Of a stretch of DNA of 64,000 nt, positions 27,599 through 38,072 are shown piece after piece. Below the pieces are notes generated by a model, which had not been told where the DNA came from, did not search any database, and saw nothing but the letters and a program-made list of their open reading frames with translations. Positions within the stretch are counted from its first letter, which is position 1, and each line of letters opens with the position of its first letter. The DNA lies in assembly GCA_964540825.1 (NCBI GenBank), contig CAZINT010000002.1:477-64476 (forward strand), given 5' to 3'. The position numbers were made by a program, and so were the translations under genes. The stretch is from an uncultured Gammaproteobacteria bacterium. Its GTDB lineage: Bacteria; Patescibacteriota; Patescibacteriia; Magasanikbacterales; GWA2-37-8.

Positions 27599-29071
27599 AT
27601 GCGTCGTAAAAAAGTTATCATCATCGGGGCCGGTTTTGGAGGCCTGTCTGCTGCAGCTCTCTTGGCGTACAAAGGTTTCGATGTTACAGTTTTTGAAAAA
27701 AACGATCAATCGGGCGGTCGGGCCAGTGTGTACCGTGAAAAAGGCTTTACGTTTGACATGGGGCCGTCATGGTACCTCATGCCGGATGTTTTTGAAAAAT
27801 TTTTTGCCGAGTTTGGCAAAAAACCAACTGATTTTTTTGAGTTGAAAAGGCTTGATCCGGCATATCGCATTTATCATGGTAAAAACGAGTATGTAGATGT
27901 GTCGGCTGATCTTGAGAAAAACATGGCGCTTTTTGAGGCTATGGAGCCGGGAAGCGCAAAGCAGCTGACGCGGTACCTGGCGCAGTCAAAGTATCAGTAT
28001 GACGTATCGATGAGTGATTTTTTGTATAAGGATTACACGTCGCTCATGGATTTTTTTAATCGCCGTATGCTTGTGGAAGGCCGGAAACTGCATGTATTTG
28101 AATCGCTTGATACCTATACGCGGCGTTATTTTAAAAGCGATAAACTTCGTAAGATTTTGGAGTATAGTATGGTATTCCTCGGGGGAGCGCCCAAAAACAC
28201 ACCGGCCATTTACTCACTCATGTCGCACATAGACTTTAATCTGGGAGTATGGTATCCAACCGGCGGCATCGGTGCTGTTGTGCAGGCTATAGAAAAAGTA
28301 GCCCGCTCGTATGGTGCGCATTTTGCGTTTAATACCCCCGTAGAAAGAATAATTGTTGAAGACAAGCAAGCTCGCGCAGTGGTCGTCAACGGCCAAACGA
28401 TTGAAGCCGATATTATTATTTCCGGAGCCGATTACAAACATACCGAAAGTACGCTTTTGACTAAAGAAAATCAGACGTATTCAAAAAAATATTGGGATAA
28501 GCGAACGCTCGCGCCGTCAGCATTCATGCTGTATCTCGGCTATGACCGAAAAATCGCCGGGCTCGAACACCATACGTTATTTTTTGACAATGACTGGGTG
28601 CGTCATTTTGATGCTATTTTTGAGCATCCGGAGTGGCCGGAACATCCGTCGTATTACGTTTCGTGTGCATCTAAAACTGATCCCACGATTGTCCCTCCTG
28701 GTGGGGAGGCGCTCGTAATCTTGGTTCCCATTGCTGCGGGGCTTGAAGATACCGATGAAATCCGGGAAAAATATACTGAAAAAGTATTAGTTCATTTGGA
28801 ATCGCTTTTGGGGCAAAATCTGCACGATACTGTTGTTAAAAAAGTTTTTAGCCAGCGCGATTTTGCCAGCATGTTTAATGCGTATAAGGGTACGGCGCTC
28901 GGCCTCAGTCATACGCTTATGCAGACAGCGGTTTTTCGCCCGCGCCACCAGAGTAAAAAAGTTTCGAACCTCTATTATACAGGGCAGTACACTCACCCGG
29001 GGATCGGCATGCCAATGTGTTTGATCTCTTCCGAGCTTGTCGCGGGAGCTATTGAAAAAAAATATGGTTGA
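27599..29071 (+). CDS. crtI: Phytoene desaturase family (CrtI/CrtD-like)
   Basis: IGAGFGGL, FDMGPSWYLMPDVF, YPTGG and GQYTHPGIGMPMCLISSEL motifs. Confidence 0.88.
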   Translation: MRRKKVIIIGAGFGGLSAAALLAYKGFDVTVFEKNDQSGGRASVYREKGFTFDMGPSWYLMPDVFEKFFAEFGKKPTDFFELKRLDPAYRIYHGKNEYVDVSADLEKNMALFEAMEPGSAKQLTRYLAQSKYQYDVSMSDFLYKDYTSLMDFFNRRMLVEGRKLHVFESLDTYTRRYFKSDKLRKILEYSMVFLGGAPKNTPAIYSLMSHIDFNLGVWYPTGGIGAVVQAIEKVARSYGAHFAFNTPVERIIVEDKQARAVVVNGQTIEADIIISGADYKHTESTLLTKENQTYSKKYWDKRTLAPSAFMLYLGYDRKIAGLEHHTLFFDNDWVRHFDAIFEHPEWPEHPSYYVSCASKTDPTIVPPGGEALVILVPIAAGLEDTDEIREKYTEKVLVHLESLLGQNLHDTVVKKVFSQRDFASMFNAYKGTALGLSHTLMQTAVFRPRHQSKKVSNLYYTGQYTHPGIGMPMCLISSELVAGAIEKKYG

Positions 29072-29882
29072 CCAGACAATTTATCAAACCTTTAAAAAGG
29101 GGAGTAAAACATTTTTTACCAGTAGTTTGTTTTTTCCTCGCGCTGTTCGCGAAGATGTTTTTATTTTCTATGCCTTTGCCCGGGTGGCAGATGATTTGGT
29201 TGATAGCGTACCGGCCAAGTTAAGCGATTTTGCCTTGTTTAAAAAACAATATACCGCTGCCCTAGCAGGAACTATGTCTGGTAACACAATTATCGATTCT
29301 TTTGTTGACCTCATGAGTCGCCGGTCGATTCCCCGAGAATGGATAGATTCATTTTTGCGGGCAATGACGAGCGACACGGAAAAGAAAACGTACGTGACAT
29401 TGGCTGAGCTTGAAGCGTATATTTACGGCTCAGCCGAAGTTATTGGTTTGGTTATGGCCCGACTTATGAACTTGCCGCCCGAGTCGCATACTACTGCCCA
29501 GCTTCTTGGCAAAGGCTTCCAGTATATTAATTTTATTCGCGATATTGCCGAAGATATTCAGCTCGGCCGCCAGTATTTGCCGCTCGAAGTGCTTCGTCCG
29601 TTTGGTTTTGAGTTGTTGACTGAACAGACGGCTCACTGCCGAGCACCTGACTTTATAGCCTTAATTAAGCATGAATTGGCACGCTACCGCGCCTGGCAAT
29701 CAGCTGGTGAAGCGGGCTTTTCCTTTATACCGAAGCGTTCACTTTTACCTATCAAAACCGCTGCTGATATGTACCGCTTTACTGCCAACGTAATTGAAAG
29801 CGATCCGTTCGTTATTTTCAGAAAAAAAGTAAAGCCAACCAAGTCAAAAATTATCTGGCAGTTATTCCTTAATCTCTTATGA
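29064..29882 (+). CDS. crtB: Phytoene synthase
   Basis: GSKTF, YAFARVADDLVD, YIYGSAEVIG and FQYINFIRDIAED...GRQYLP motifs. Confidence 0.92.
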   Translation: MVDQTIYQTFKKGSKTFFTSSLFFPRAVREDVFIFYAFARVADDLVDSVPAKLSDFALFKKQYTAALAGTMSGNTIIDSFVDLMSRRSIPREWIDSFLRAMTSDTEKKTYVTLAELEAYIYGSAEVIGLVMARLMNLPPESHTTAQLLGKGFQYINFIRDIAEDIQLGRQYLPLEVLRPFGFELLTEQTAHCRAPDFIALIKHELARYRAWQSAGEAGFSFIPKRSLLPIKTAADMYRFTANVIESDPFVIFRKKVKPTKSKIIWQLFLNLL

Positions 29883-30940
29883 ATTCCTTGTATACCGAAG
29901 CCTCCAATCAGCTCCGCCCGTTTTTAAAAGATTTTTTTGCAGAGCAAATAAAAACATATCGTCCGGTAAACACCTGGTCTAAAGATGCATTGAAACGACT
30001 TTATGCCTCGGTTATAAAAGGTAAAATGGTGCGCGGCGGTATGGTATTTCTCGCGTATGCTCTGGCTCAAAAAAAGTCGGACGAAACCTGTCTGCGTCTG
30101 GCAGCGGCGATTGAAATTGTCCATACAGCGCTTATCGTTCACGACGATATTATGGATCTTGACGGGCTCCGGCGCGGAGATGTTACCCTATATAAACAGT
30201 ATGAAGCGCTCGTAAGAAAACAAGACGGCCACAATCCAGAGCATGTTGGAGAGTCGCTAGGTATTTGCGCTGGTGACATAGCTATTTTTTTGAGTTTTTA
30301 TTTATTGTCTTCTTTGCCGCAAACTGCAAATGGCACGCTCAGGCAGCTTATCAGTATTTTTGCGCAGGAGATCACCCGGGTTGGTTTCGCTCAAATGCAG
30401 GATGTCTATTCCGGCGCGCTTACTGCACTGCTTTCGGCTAAGGATATTTTGCGCCTGTATTGTTATAAAACGGCGCGGTACACGTTTTCATTGCCGCTCA
30501 TGCTAGGGAGCTTGGCGGCCGGCCAAACGGCGGCAAATGTACCATTGCTTGAAAAGTTTGGAGAACATTTGGGAATTATTTTTCAAATCAAAGATGATGA
30601 GCTCGGCATGTTTGGCGATGAGCAAAGGATTGGTAAGCCGGTCGGTTCGGATATCCGGGAAGGCAAAAAGACTTTATATTATTATTTTCTGTTTGCCCGG
30701 GCGACGAATACGGAGCGTGCTCGGCTCAAGCGTATTTTTGGCAATAGTTCGGTTGGTGAAAGAGAAATAGCCGTTGTCCGCACCATGATTGAACGCTACG
30801 AAATTGAAAAAAAGATACACACCATCTTATCTCGTGAAATCCGGGCGGTGCGAAAAATAGTGGACGCCTACCGCGGACCTAAGGCCGAGAAACAAATGCT
30901 TAACGAACTTTTGGAGTATAATCTTAACCGATCGAAATGA
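29879..30940 (+). CDS. crtE: Polyprenyl (GGPP) synthase
   Basis: GKMVRG, HDDIMD..RRG, KTARYT and FQIKDDELG motifs. Confidence 0.85.
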   Translation: MNSLYTEASNQLRPFLKDFFAEQIKTYRPVNTWSKDALKRLYASVIKGKMVRGGMVFLAYALAQKKSDETCLRLAAAIEIVHTALIVHDDIMDLDGLRRGDVTLYKQYEALVRKQDGHNPEHVGESLGICAGDIAIFLSFYLLSSLPQTANGTLRQLISIFAQEITRVGFAQMQDVYSGALTALLSAKDILRLYCYKTARYTFSLPLMLGSLAAGQTAANVPLLEKFGEHLGIIFQIKDDELGMFGDEQRIGKPVGSDIREGKKTLYYYFLFARATNTERARLKRIFGNSSVGEREIAVVRTMIERYEIEKKIHTILSREIRAVRKIVDAYRGPKAEKQMLNELLEYNLNRSK

Positions 30941-31764
30941 AAGAGCTTTTAGTTGTACTGTACCACACCTCACGGCCGCGTTTCTGGCTGTACCTGGCGG
31001 GCACCTATGTCGTTGGCTACGCTGCCGGGGGAGTAGGACTGCATATTTTTGCGGAAGGGCGTTTTTGGTTTTTTTTGTGTTTTTTTGCTCTACCGGCCAA
31101 TATTTTTTTGTACGGTATTAATGATTACGCTGATGCTGATACCGATCAGTTTAACAGTAAAAAAGGGAGTGAGGAGCGTTTGCTTAAAACAGCGGAACGA
31201 AAAAAACTGCGGGCCGTTTTATGGGGTATTGCCCTCGTAACTTTAGCGATCGCCATGGTGAGTCGGTCGGGTATGCTGGTTGTTTTTTTGCTGCTAGCTT
31301 TTTTTTACAGTGCGCCACCGCTTCGCTTCAAAGCGCATCCGTTCATTGATTTTGCATCCAACATCTTATACGGACTGCCTGGGTTTATCGGTTATTTTCA
31401 AGCCAGCGGGCACTTTCCGGCCTGGCCGATCGCCGTAGCGGTATTTTTTTGGACGAGTGCGATGCATCTTTTTTCGGCTATTCCGGATATTGAGAGTGAC
31501 GCGAAAGCCGGGCTTACGACCAGTGCTATTTTTTTCGGTCAAAAAAAGTCGCTCTTTATATGTTCTGCTTTTTGGGCGCTGAGCAGTATGATTGCGGCAG
31601 TTACACTGCCTGCCTATTGGGTGGCGGTACTAGGTCTCTTGTATCCGCTCGTACCGCTTTTTTTGGTCAGTCGCCCGATGTTAATCAAGCGTGTGTATTG
31701 GTATTTTCCTTTGTATAATGCAATTGTTGGTTTTGGATTGTTTCTCGCGGCAATTTGGCGTTAA
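30937..31764 (+). CDS. UbiA-family prenyltransferase, lycopene elongase (LyeJ/CrtEb-like)
   Basis: SRPRFWLYLAG, YGINDYAD..TD..N.KKG, YSAPPLRFK and HLFSAIPDI..D motifs; last gene of the crt operon. Confidence 0.82.
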   Translation: MKELLVVLYHTSRPRFWLYLAGTYVVGYAAGGVGLHIFAEGRFWFFLCFFALPANIFLYGINDYADADTDQFNSKKGSEERLLKTAERKKLRAVLWGIALVTLAIAMVSRSGMLVVFLLLAFFYSAPPLRFKAHPFIDFASNILYGLPGFIGYFQASGHFPAWPIAVAVFFWTSAMHLFSAIPDIESDAKAGLTTSAIFFGQKKSLFICSAFWALSSMIAAVTLPAYWVAVLGLLYPLVPLFLVSRPMLIKRVYWYFPLYNAIVGFGLFLAAIWR

Positions 31765-31771
31765 ATTCTTT

Positions 31772-32209
31772 TTACGCAATGTGCTTGGGTTCAAAGCTCA
31801 CCATCCACTCAATTCCATACTTGTCTCTAAAAGAGCCAAAGTATGAACCCATAAGTGGATTTTCATCCATAGGAAATTCTACCTCTCCTCCTACAGAAAG
31901 TCCGTTGAATAATTTGTCTGCCTCTTCTTTGCTTTCTGCGTTTATTGTAATTTTACTTCTGTTTTCGCGCTCGTTTGTTTTTCCCATAAATTTTGGAACA
32001 TCATTAGCCGTCAGCACCGTATGCTTTCCAATAGGCAAAGCAATATTCATTATTTTATTTTCTTCATCCTCCGGTATGGGGAACCCAGGGTTTTTAAGGT
32101 CTTTAAAGCGAACAATTTTTGTCAGCTCTCCGCCAAAAACTGATTTGTAAAAAGTGAATGCTTCTTCGGCATTTCCGTTGAAGTTAATGTGGGGGTTGAT
32201 GGACGCCAT
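31772..32209 (-). CDS. VOC/PhnB family protein
   Basis: PHINFNGNAEEAFTFYKSVFGG...DKYGIEWM. Confidence 0.88.
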   Translation of the reverse strand: MASINPHINFNGNAEEAFTFYKSVFGGELTKIVRFKDLKNPGFPIPEDEENKIMNIALPIGKHTVLTANDVPKFMGKTNERENRSKITINAESKEEADKLFNGLSVGGEVEFPMDENPLMGSYFGSFRDKYGIEWMVSFEPKHIA

Positions 32210-32431
32210 ATTTTAAAGAGTAATTTAAATATGCGAAACTATAGCATGTAGACAGCTCTCTTGCCTAGAGCACCTAAACTACTGCTTAGGCAAGCCGTAT
32301 TTTTTTACGCTCCAGTTCTTAAATGATGTTAAAACTTATTTTGCCCCAAAATATTGATGCTGCATTGACGATAATCAAAATATTAAGTATAATTGCTGCT
32401 GCTTTGTCATTGTTTTTATTGTGTATCAAAT

Positions 32432-34195
32432 ATGCGACAAATAAGTATGCGACTAGCTGGAGTTATTGGGGCACTTGCGGTAACTGCCGGTTTGAGTCGT
32501 TTTGCACCCCAAGCCTTCACTTTTTTTGAACATAATAAAGAACACGAACTGTTGTTTATTTTTTTTCAAGTAGCGGTTTTGTTCGTTTTAAGCTTTGTAG
32601 TTTTCTACATCTCGAACGTTACCAAGCTCCCATCATTTGTGGTGGCTATTTTTTTTGGTATTGCCGGACATGGAATTTTGAAGCCGGTTATTGAAGACGA
32701 AGCAATTTTAAATTCCCTCGTCGGTTTTGGAGCGACACTTATCTTATTTGGCGGCGGACTCGAAACGCCTTTTACGAATTTTAAAAAATTAATCGGTAAA
32801 ATTTTAGCTTTATCGTTTGTTGGCCTGCTTTTTACGGCTATAACTTTTTCCGGAACTGTTGTAGCACTGAGCAACCTCTTCGGTGCATCGGTTTCAATTA
32901 TGGTTGCGGTGCTTTTAGGAGCCGTGCTTGCGTCTACGGACCCGGCTGCCATCATTCCGATTTTAAAGCGCCTTCGCTTCTATAATCGTTCTACCAAAGA
33001 TATTGTTGTATCTGAAAGTGCGGTTACTGATGTTACCGGCACGCTGCTTACGGTTGCGTTTCTTGGGGTTATTATTGCCGGAAAGAATTTTGATTCCTTG
33101 AACGGGTGGTATGCAAGCATCCTTACTCCGGAAAGCGGGCTTATTTTGCTGAAGCAGGTTGTTTTCGGAATTATTTTCGGAGGGATCGGCTATGTATTTT
33201 TGGAAATATTGCAACGTTTCAAAAAAACTCACACCAGAGAATTTGAAGCTGATTCGGCTTTTTTCCTTTTTATTCCCGTCGTCATTTTTACTATCGCCCT
33301 GGCCTTTGGCGGTAGCGGTTATTTAGCGGCGTTTATTGCCGGTCTCTTGTTTAATTTGACTGAGCATTTGCATGAGACTGAGCGGTTTTTCAACCATATT
33401 ATTGACGGCTTCTTTAAACCGACCATCTTTATATTGCTCGGCGCCCTGGTTGACCCTGCACAACTTATTGAATTTGCAGGTATCGGCATACTGGCGGCCA
33501 TAGTCTTTATGGTAGTCATTCGTCCGGCCGGAGTATTTCTATCGCTGTTCCCTTCGCTTATATTTGGTAAAGAAAAGTTAACTGTACGCGACATGCTGTT
33601 TATTTCCTGCGTACGTGAAACCGGAGCAATTCCGGCGGTGCTTATGATTACGATCGCAAGTGCCGGTATTGGCGATATCCGCGGTCTTGCTCCAATTGGT
33701 ATGTGGGTTATTCTTCTGACACTTATTATCGAGCCGATTTTGACGCCGCTTATTGCTAAAAAATTGAAAGTCGCCGAAGAAATAGAAGATACCGTGAAAA
33801 CAGACATTGGACCAAGCCCCATCGTCGTCCTTGGAACACGCGGCCGATCGTTCGTCAGTCGACTTCCCATGGTGACCGAATGGTCAAAGCGCCACGGCAT
33901 TGAACGGCTGATGGTAATGCTTTGCCTCGAAGACAACTACAGCGCTGAACTTGCTGAAACAATTAATCAAGAAGCCCAAATAGAATTCGCTAAAATTAAT
34001 CGTGACCTGAAAGACAGGGGAGAGGGCGAAATAGATTTTGTGTTTACAGCTCGAACTGGTTTTTTGCAGCAAAATATTAATGAATTAGCGCTCAGCGATA
34101 CTAACATTACGGCAATTTTTGTCGGACGCAAAATGCTTGATTTCCGCTTGAACGAAATTAAGCAGCTGCATGTGCCGCTCTATTTTATGGAATAG
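32432..34195 (+). CDS. Cation:proton antiporter (CPA1/NhaP-like) with cytoplasmic C-terminal domain
   Basis: LILFGGGL, LGAVLASTDPAA, ESAVTD and GSGYLAAFIAG motifs. Confidence 0.88.
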   Translation: MRQISMRLAGVIGALAVTAGLSRFAPQAFTFFEHNKEHELLFIFFQVAVLFVLSFVVFYISNVTKLPSFVVAIFFGIAGHGILKPVIEDEAILNSLVGFGATLILFGGGLETPFTNFKKLIGKILALSFVGLLFTAITFSGTVVALSNLFGASVSIMVAVLLGAVLASTDPAAIIPILKRLRFYNRSTKDIVVSESAVTDVTGTLLTVAFLGVIIAGKNFDSLNGWYASILTPESGLILLKQVVFGIIFGGIGYVFLEILQRFKKTHTREFEADSAFFLFIPVVIFTIALAFGGSGYLAAFIAGLLFNLTEHLHETERFFNHIIDGFFKPTIFILLGALVDPAQLIEFAGIGILAAIVFMVVIRPAGVFLSLFPSLIFGKEKLTVRDMLFISCVRETGAIPAVLMITIASAGIGDIRGLAPIGMWVILLTLIIEPILTPLIAKKLKVAEEIEDTVKTDIGPSPIVVLGTRGRSFVSRLPMVTEWSKRHGIERLMVMLCLEDNYSAELAETINQEAQIEFAKINRDLKDRGEGEIDFVFTARTGFLQQNINELALSDTNITAIFVGRKMLDFRLNEIKQLHVPLYFME

Positions 34196-34204
34196 AAAGA
34201 TTTT

Positions 34205-34255
34205 AAACAAATTAAAAGCCCTCTACACAGCATGCAGAGGGCTTTTAATTTGTTT
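34205..34255. terminator. Bidirectional intrinsic terminator
   Basis: 20-bp inverted repeat AAACAAATTAAAAGCCCTCT/AGAGGGCTTTTAATTTGTTT. Confidence 0.85.
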
Positions 34256-34363
34256 TGCCCCAAGGTCTGCCGCTGTGTCGAAGTAGTTCGAGACAAGGGC
34301 AGGTGACCTTGGGGAGTGAATATGAGAAGGCCAGCCTGAATTTTTGTTGGTAGAAATCCTGTT

Positions 34364-35815
34364 CTATTTTGCGCTACTGCTGGAGAGGCCGTAGTGCTTC
34401 TCGAGCCTCGGTGCAACGATTCGCAGCATGATGTAGCGAATCACGAGTATGGCCAGGATAGCACTCCACCATTTCCAGTAGTACAGAAGGACCACAGGGT
34501 ATCCGATAACCAGAGATAGACTCACATGCCAACCTTCCTTCAGCCAACGAGCCATGTTCCCTGCCTGAGGAAAGTAGTCTTCATTCGTCAAGGCAACACC
34601 GGCCGAAGTGCCGATGGGGGTCAGCGATCCGCCAACATTCACCGGGAAGAAGAAACGACCCCAGACGTACTGTGCCCCAGCCTTTGCCTGGATAATGGCT
34701 ACGGCTGTTAGGGGAATATTGTCGAACACTGCCGAAATCAATCCGGCGATGAAGTCGCTGTACCAGGTTGGTTCCGGTAGCCCGGTGAGGGGAACCATGT
34801 TGGCAGACGCGATGAGGCCGATAAGAAAGAGGGCTCCCTTCCCGGCATCAAGAAAGCCTGATTTCCAGTGGGTCTTGCGGAAGAATGAGCCGAAGATCAG
34901 GCCGATCATCACCATCCCGCCCATCCAGGGGTAACTCTCAGCGAGTTCCCGATGCCTGAACATAATATAGAAGTTGAGGGCGACGGCGCTCCCGAGCACA
35001 ACACCGAAGATGATGAGGTGGCCCCCGTTGATTCCTACTTTGAGAGTGGAATCTTTCTGGATGGGGTGGTGTGCTTGCTGCTGGATCGATGAGATCACCC
35101 CTGAGATGTAGATTACTGCACAGCCACCGAAGTAGGCCGGCAGGAATTTGTACCAAGCCATACCAGCAAGGTACGCCATTAAGTCCGGGGTGTCGCCGAT
35201 AAAACTGCCAGCCCCTCCTGCGTTCGACATGACCACGACGCTTGTGATGAAGCTTATGCTTACACGACCGGCGTAGACGCCTTTGGCCGTCTTGCCCATC
35301 ACAATAGCGGTAATTATGTTGTCGAGGATTCCTGACAGCGCAAAGCCGTACTTCTGCAGTTGGAATCCTCCTCGCCAGTCATCCTTAAGATAGCGGGGCA
35401 CGATCCGAGGAAGGTGGCTATCACTGAAATGACCACCCAGGATGTCGAAGCCGATCAGGAGGAGTCCCAGGTTTACCAATTCGGGGCCTTTGTGCCCCAA
35501 AAAGTGGTAGACACCCTCCTTTCCGCTATGGACAATCGCACCATGTCCTACTGCAGGGAAAAAAGTTACACAGATCATCGCCGCCAAGCCGCCCATCGAC
35601 CACCAGAACTTCTCATGATGGTGAAGTGCGACTCCTGTTAGTGTCGCGACAAAAACCAGGTACTGAGCCGGCAGTCGGAGTGTGAGGATTACTCCTATCT
35701 CAATTAGGAAGAGTAGGCCGATATTTCTTTTTGCCCAGCGCAACAAAGAAATACCGCACCGGCACAGTAGGCGTAGAACACTTTTATAGTTGCTTCTTTT
35801 CAACTTTTCCTCCAT
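34364..35815 (-). CDS. Divergent NhaD/citrate-transporter (IT superfamily) permease, GC-rich
   Basis: SGILDNI, SNAGGAGSFIGDT, SAVFDNIPLT and GGSLTPIGTSAGVAL motifs; an alternative TTG start at 35803 has a GGAGG SD. Confidence 0.78.
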   Translation of the reverse strand: MEEKLKRSNYKSVLRLLCRCGISLLRWAKRNIGLLFLIEIGVILTLRLPAQYLVFVATLTGVALHHHEKFWWSMGGLAAMICVTFFPAVGHGAIVHSGKEGVYHFLGHKGPELVNLGLLLIGFDILGGHFSDSHLPRIVPRYLKDDWRGGFQLQKYGFALSGILDNIITAIVMGKTAKGVYAGRVSISFITSVVVMSNAGGAGSFIGDTPDLMAYLAGMAWYKFLPAYFGGCAVIYISGVISSIQQQAHHPIQKDSTLKVGINGGHLIIFGVVLGSAVALNFYIMFRHRELAESYPWMGGMVMIGLIFGSFFRKTHWKSGFLDAGKGALFLIGLIASANMVPLTGLPEPTWYSDFIAGLISAVFDNIPLTAVAIIQAKAGAQYVWGRFFFPVNVGGSLTPIGTSAGVALTNEDYFPQAGNMARWLKEGWHVSLSLVIGYPVVLLYYWKWWSAILAILVIRYIMLRIVAPRLEKHYGLSSSSAK

Positions 35816-36072
35816 TACTTTTTTGAATCCAGGCCGAAATAAATACTAACAAAATACTTATCTCGACCTGTATTTACACCTTCTCAAATTATCAAAGAAC
35901 GTTGATCCTATTTTCTGTATCGTGCATATAAAATAAGCTTAAAATAACATATTTTAATAAAAAGTCAAGCATATTTGCTGGTGTGCGTAAAAAAAGAAAG
36001 GGTTATCAGCCCGCCCCCTTCTTGCATGAGATTCCCAAACATTTTAATTCTGCATCATAATCGGGTAAAACT

Positions 36073-36273
36073 TTATGCCGCTTCAAATCGTGCCTTGTTA
36101 TCTTCCATCCATTTTTGCATTCCGGCCATTTTTTCTTGGTCTGAAGCGTTTGATGCCTGTTTCATAAAGTCTTGGTGGGCTTCAGCATAGTGAGATTTCA
36201 TAGCATTCATCCATTCTCCAAAAGTTTCACCTTGTGCTGTTACTTCGCACAAATCACAGCTAACTGTTTTCAT
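36073..36273 (-). CDS. Small metal-binding protein (DUF1059-like)
   Basis: MKTVSC..C....GETF.E......HY...H pattern. Confidence 0.6.
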   Translation of the reverse strand: MKTVSCDLCEVTAQGETFGEWMNAMKSHYAEAHQDFMKQASNASDQEKMAGMQKWMEDNKARFEAA

Positions 36274-36491
36274 ACATTTTTATTAATTTAATACTATTTG
36301 AAATATAGCATACAAGAATAATTATGCCTATCTATAGCGTATCGGTTCGAAGTCTCGTGGCCGGTAAAAATATAAATGGCTTAGAAAAGCCGTTTTTATG
36401 CTGGCTCCGGGGAAGATACTCTAACTCGCAATAAATTTGGCTAAGATTGTCGAAAATAATTTTTGATCTTCGGCAGCGATGTGGCTGGAAT

Positions 36492-37091
36492 TTAAAATTC
36501 AATCCGGCTGCTTCTGTTAAGCATGTCCTCTTTAATTCGATCTAGCTCTCCATAGACAGGGGTGTCCGTCAAGTCAGTTCTTATTAGGGTTTTCTTATTT
36601 AATTCTCCATTAGTATTTAGGCGTTCGGTTCCACGTTCCACGCAAATATTTAACATTTCTCCGTAGGCCTCGGTAAATACATCCTTATCAAAATAAAAGC
36701 CTCTTGCCTCAGCTATCTCTTTGGCTGTATTAAAAACGTTATCATCAAATACCACATCATGATTTCCGCTCAGAACGACAAGGCGGCGACCTAATATGTT
36801 TTTTAATTCCCTTAATACTGAAATATACCTTTTTCCTTCTTTAGCGTCCTCAATCAATTGCGGTTGTTCGGTGTGAGCAAAAGCAAACATCAATTCATTG
36901 GGGTTTAATTTTTTAGCTTTTTCTAAATACTTGTCTAACAATGTTTCGTATTCCGCCATGCGTGCTTTATACGGGTTTCGAGTCGGGTCGTTTTCTGGCA
37001 TCAGTGGAACCTCCCGACTTAAAAATCCAGGGTGTATTAGAAAATGTATCTTTTGAATATTTGGCTTACTTTGTAAATTAATATTGCTCAT
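36492..37091 (-). CDS. Hypothetical protein (island cargo)
   Basis: 199-aa AT-rich ORF with an FLIHPGF motif. Confidence 0.65.
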   Translation of the reverse strand: MSNINLQSKPNIQKIHFLIHPGFLSREVPLMPENDPTRNPYKARMAEYETLLDKYLEKAKKLNPNELMFAFAHTEQPQLIEDAKEGKRYISVLRELKNILGRRLVVLSGNHDVVFDDNVFNTAKEIAEARGFYFDKDVFTEAYGEMLNICVERGTERLNTNGELNKKTLIRTDLTDTPVYGELDRIKEDMLNRSSRIEF

Positions 37092-37340
37092 ATTGAAATT
37101 TTCAAATGTTTTTACTAGGAATGGGATTCGAACCGGAAGATTTGCCTAGTTTATCAAGTTTTTTAGTCCTTGTCATTTTTGGATGGGGATGGCAATAGAA
37201 AAGTCGCTTTTTACCATCCCCGTCGCTCTTGGCTAAGTTAAAACAAAAATCCGACCTGACGGGGGTCGGTCGGATTCACAAGATAAAATGGCTCTGGTTG
37301 GTAGATGAAGTTAGAACTTGTTTATAAAAGAGTGCAATGA

Positions 37341-38072
37341 TTAGATGGTTTCATTTCGATTAATAATATATGTTTTACGTTCACAGCTAAGCTGGTTAGT
37401 CGAAATCACTATTACACTTACTCTGACATCTTCTTCGTCGTTTTTAGGTTCAAAGGCCGCGTATATGTAAGTTGCTATTTTTTTGCAATCGCCTGAAGGC
37501 AATTTTAGCGGAATAGGCTTTCCAACAAAAGAAGGTGTAGGGCGAACATTGGGGCCATCATAGGTAGAAATGAATAGTGCATTTTCTTGGACTGTATCTA
37601 AAGCATAGCAATCTCTAACCGGTTCCTGGTAATCATTGCTGCGAATAATGTGTAAAGCACAGGTCCAATTTCCATTCTTTTCCAAAATGCAGCCCGTTAT
37701 GCGCGGAGTATTATATTTATCAATTTCGAATGTTTCATCTTTTAAATCTTCATTAAGTTGTTCCTCGGCATTATTTTTAGTCAATGAATGTACTCTATCG
37801 GTTTGTCTTCCATTGCCGATAATCAATCCAGTTTCGAAAAAATGAACAGCACTATAATCGAGTAAACTTAGATCACCTTGAGCCATTATTTCCGCGTCTG
37901 TAGCTTCAACAATAATAGATTTTTTATCTTCACTAAAAACATACCGCTTAGCTCGACTAGAAATATTTCTAGCGGTAACACCATACACGGCAATAATTTC
38001 TTCGTTTCTTTTTCCCAGAATAAGAAAACGACCGGGATAGGGCTTGTTTTTTGCTATTTCTTTAATTTCCAT
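37341..38072 (-). CDS. IMP cyclohydrolase-like protein (archaeal PurO-type Ntn fold)
   Basis: YPGRFLILG...YGVTAR..SSR.R, GNGRQTD, TFE.D.YNTPRITG and ISTY motifs. Confidence 0.8.
   Translation of the reverse strand: MEIKEIAKNKPYPGRFLILGKRNEEIIAVYGVTARNISSRAKRYVFSEDKKSIIVEATDAEIMAQGDLSLLDYSAVHFFETGLIIGNGRQTDRVHSLTKNNAEEQLNEDLKDETFEIDKYNTPRITGCILEKNGNWTCALHIIRSNDYQEPVRDCYALDTVQENALFISTYDGPNVRPTPSFVGKPIPLKLPSGDCKKIATYIYAAFEPKNDEEDVRVSVIVISTNQLSCERKTYIINRNETI

Noticed and set aside
37121-37140. Additional tRNA gene
   Set aside because: Only a T-loop-like GGGATTCGAACC is present, with no cloverleaf; treated as an att/tRNA remnant.
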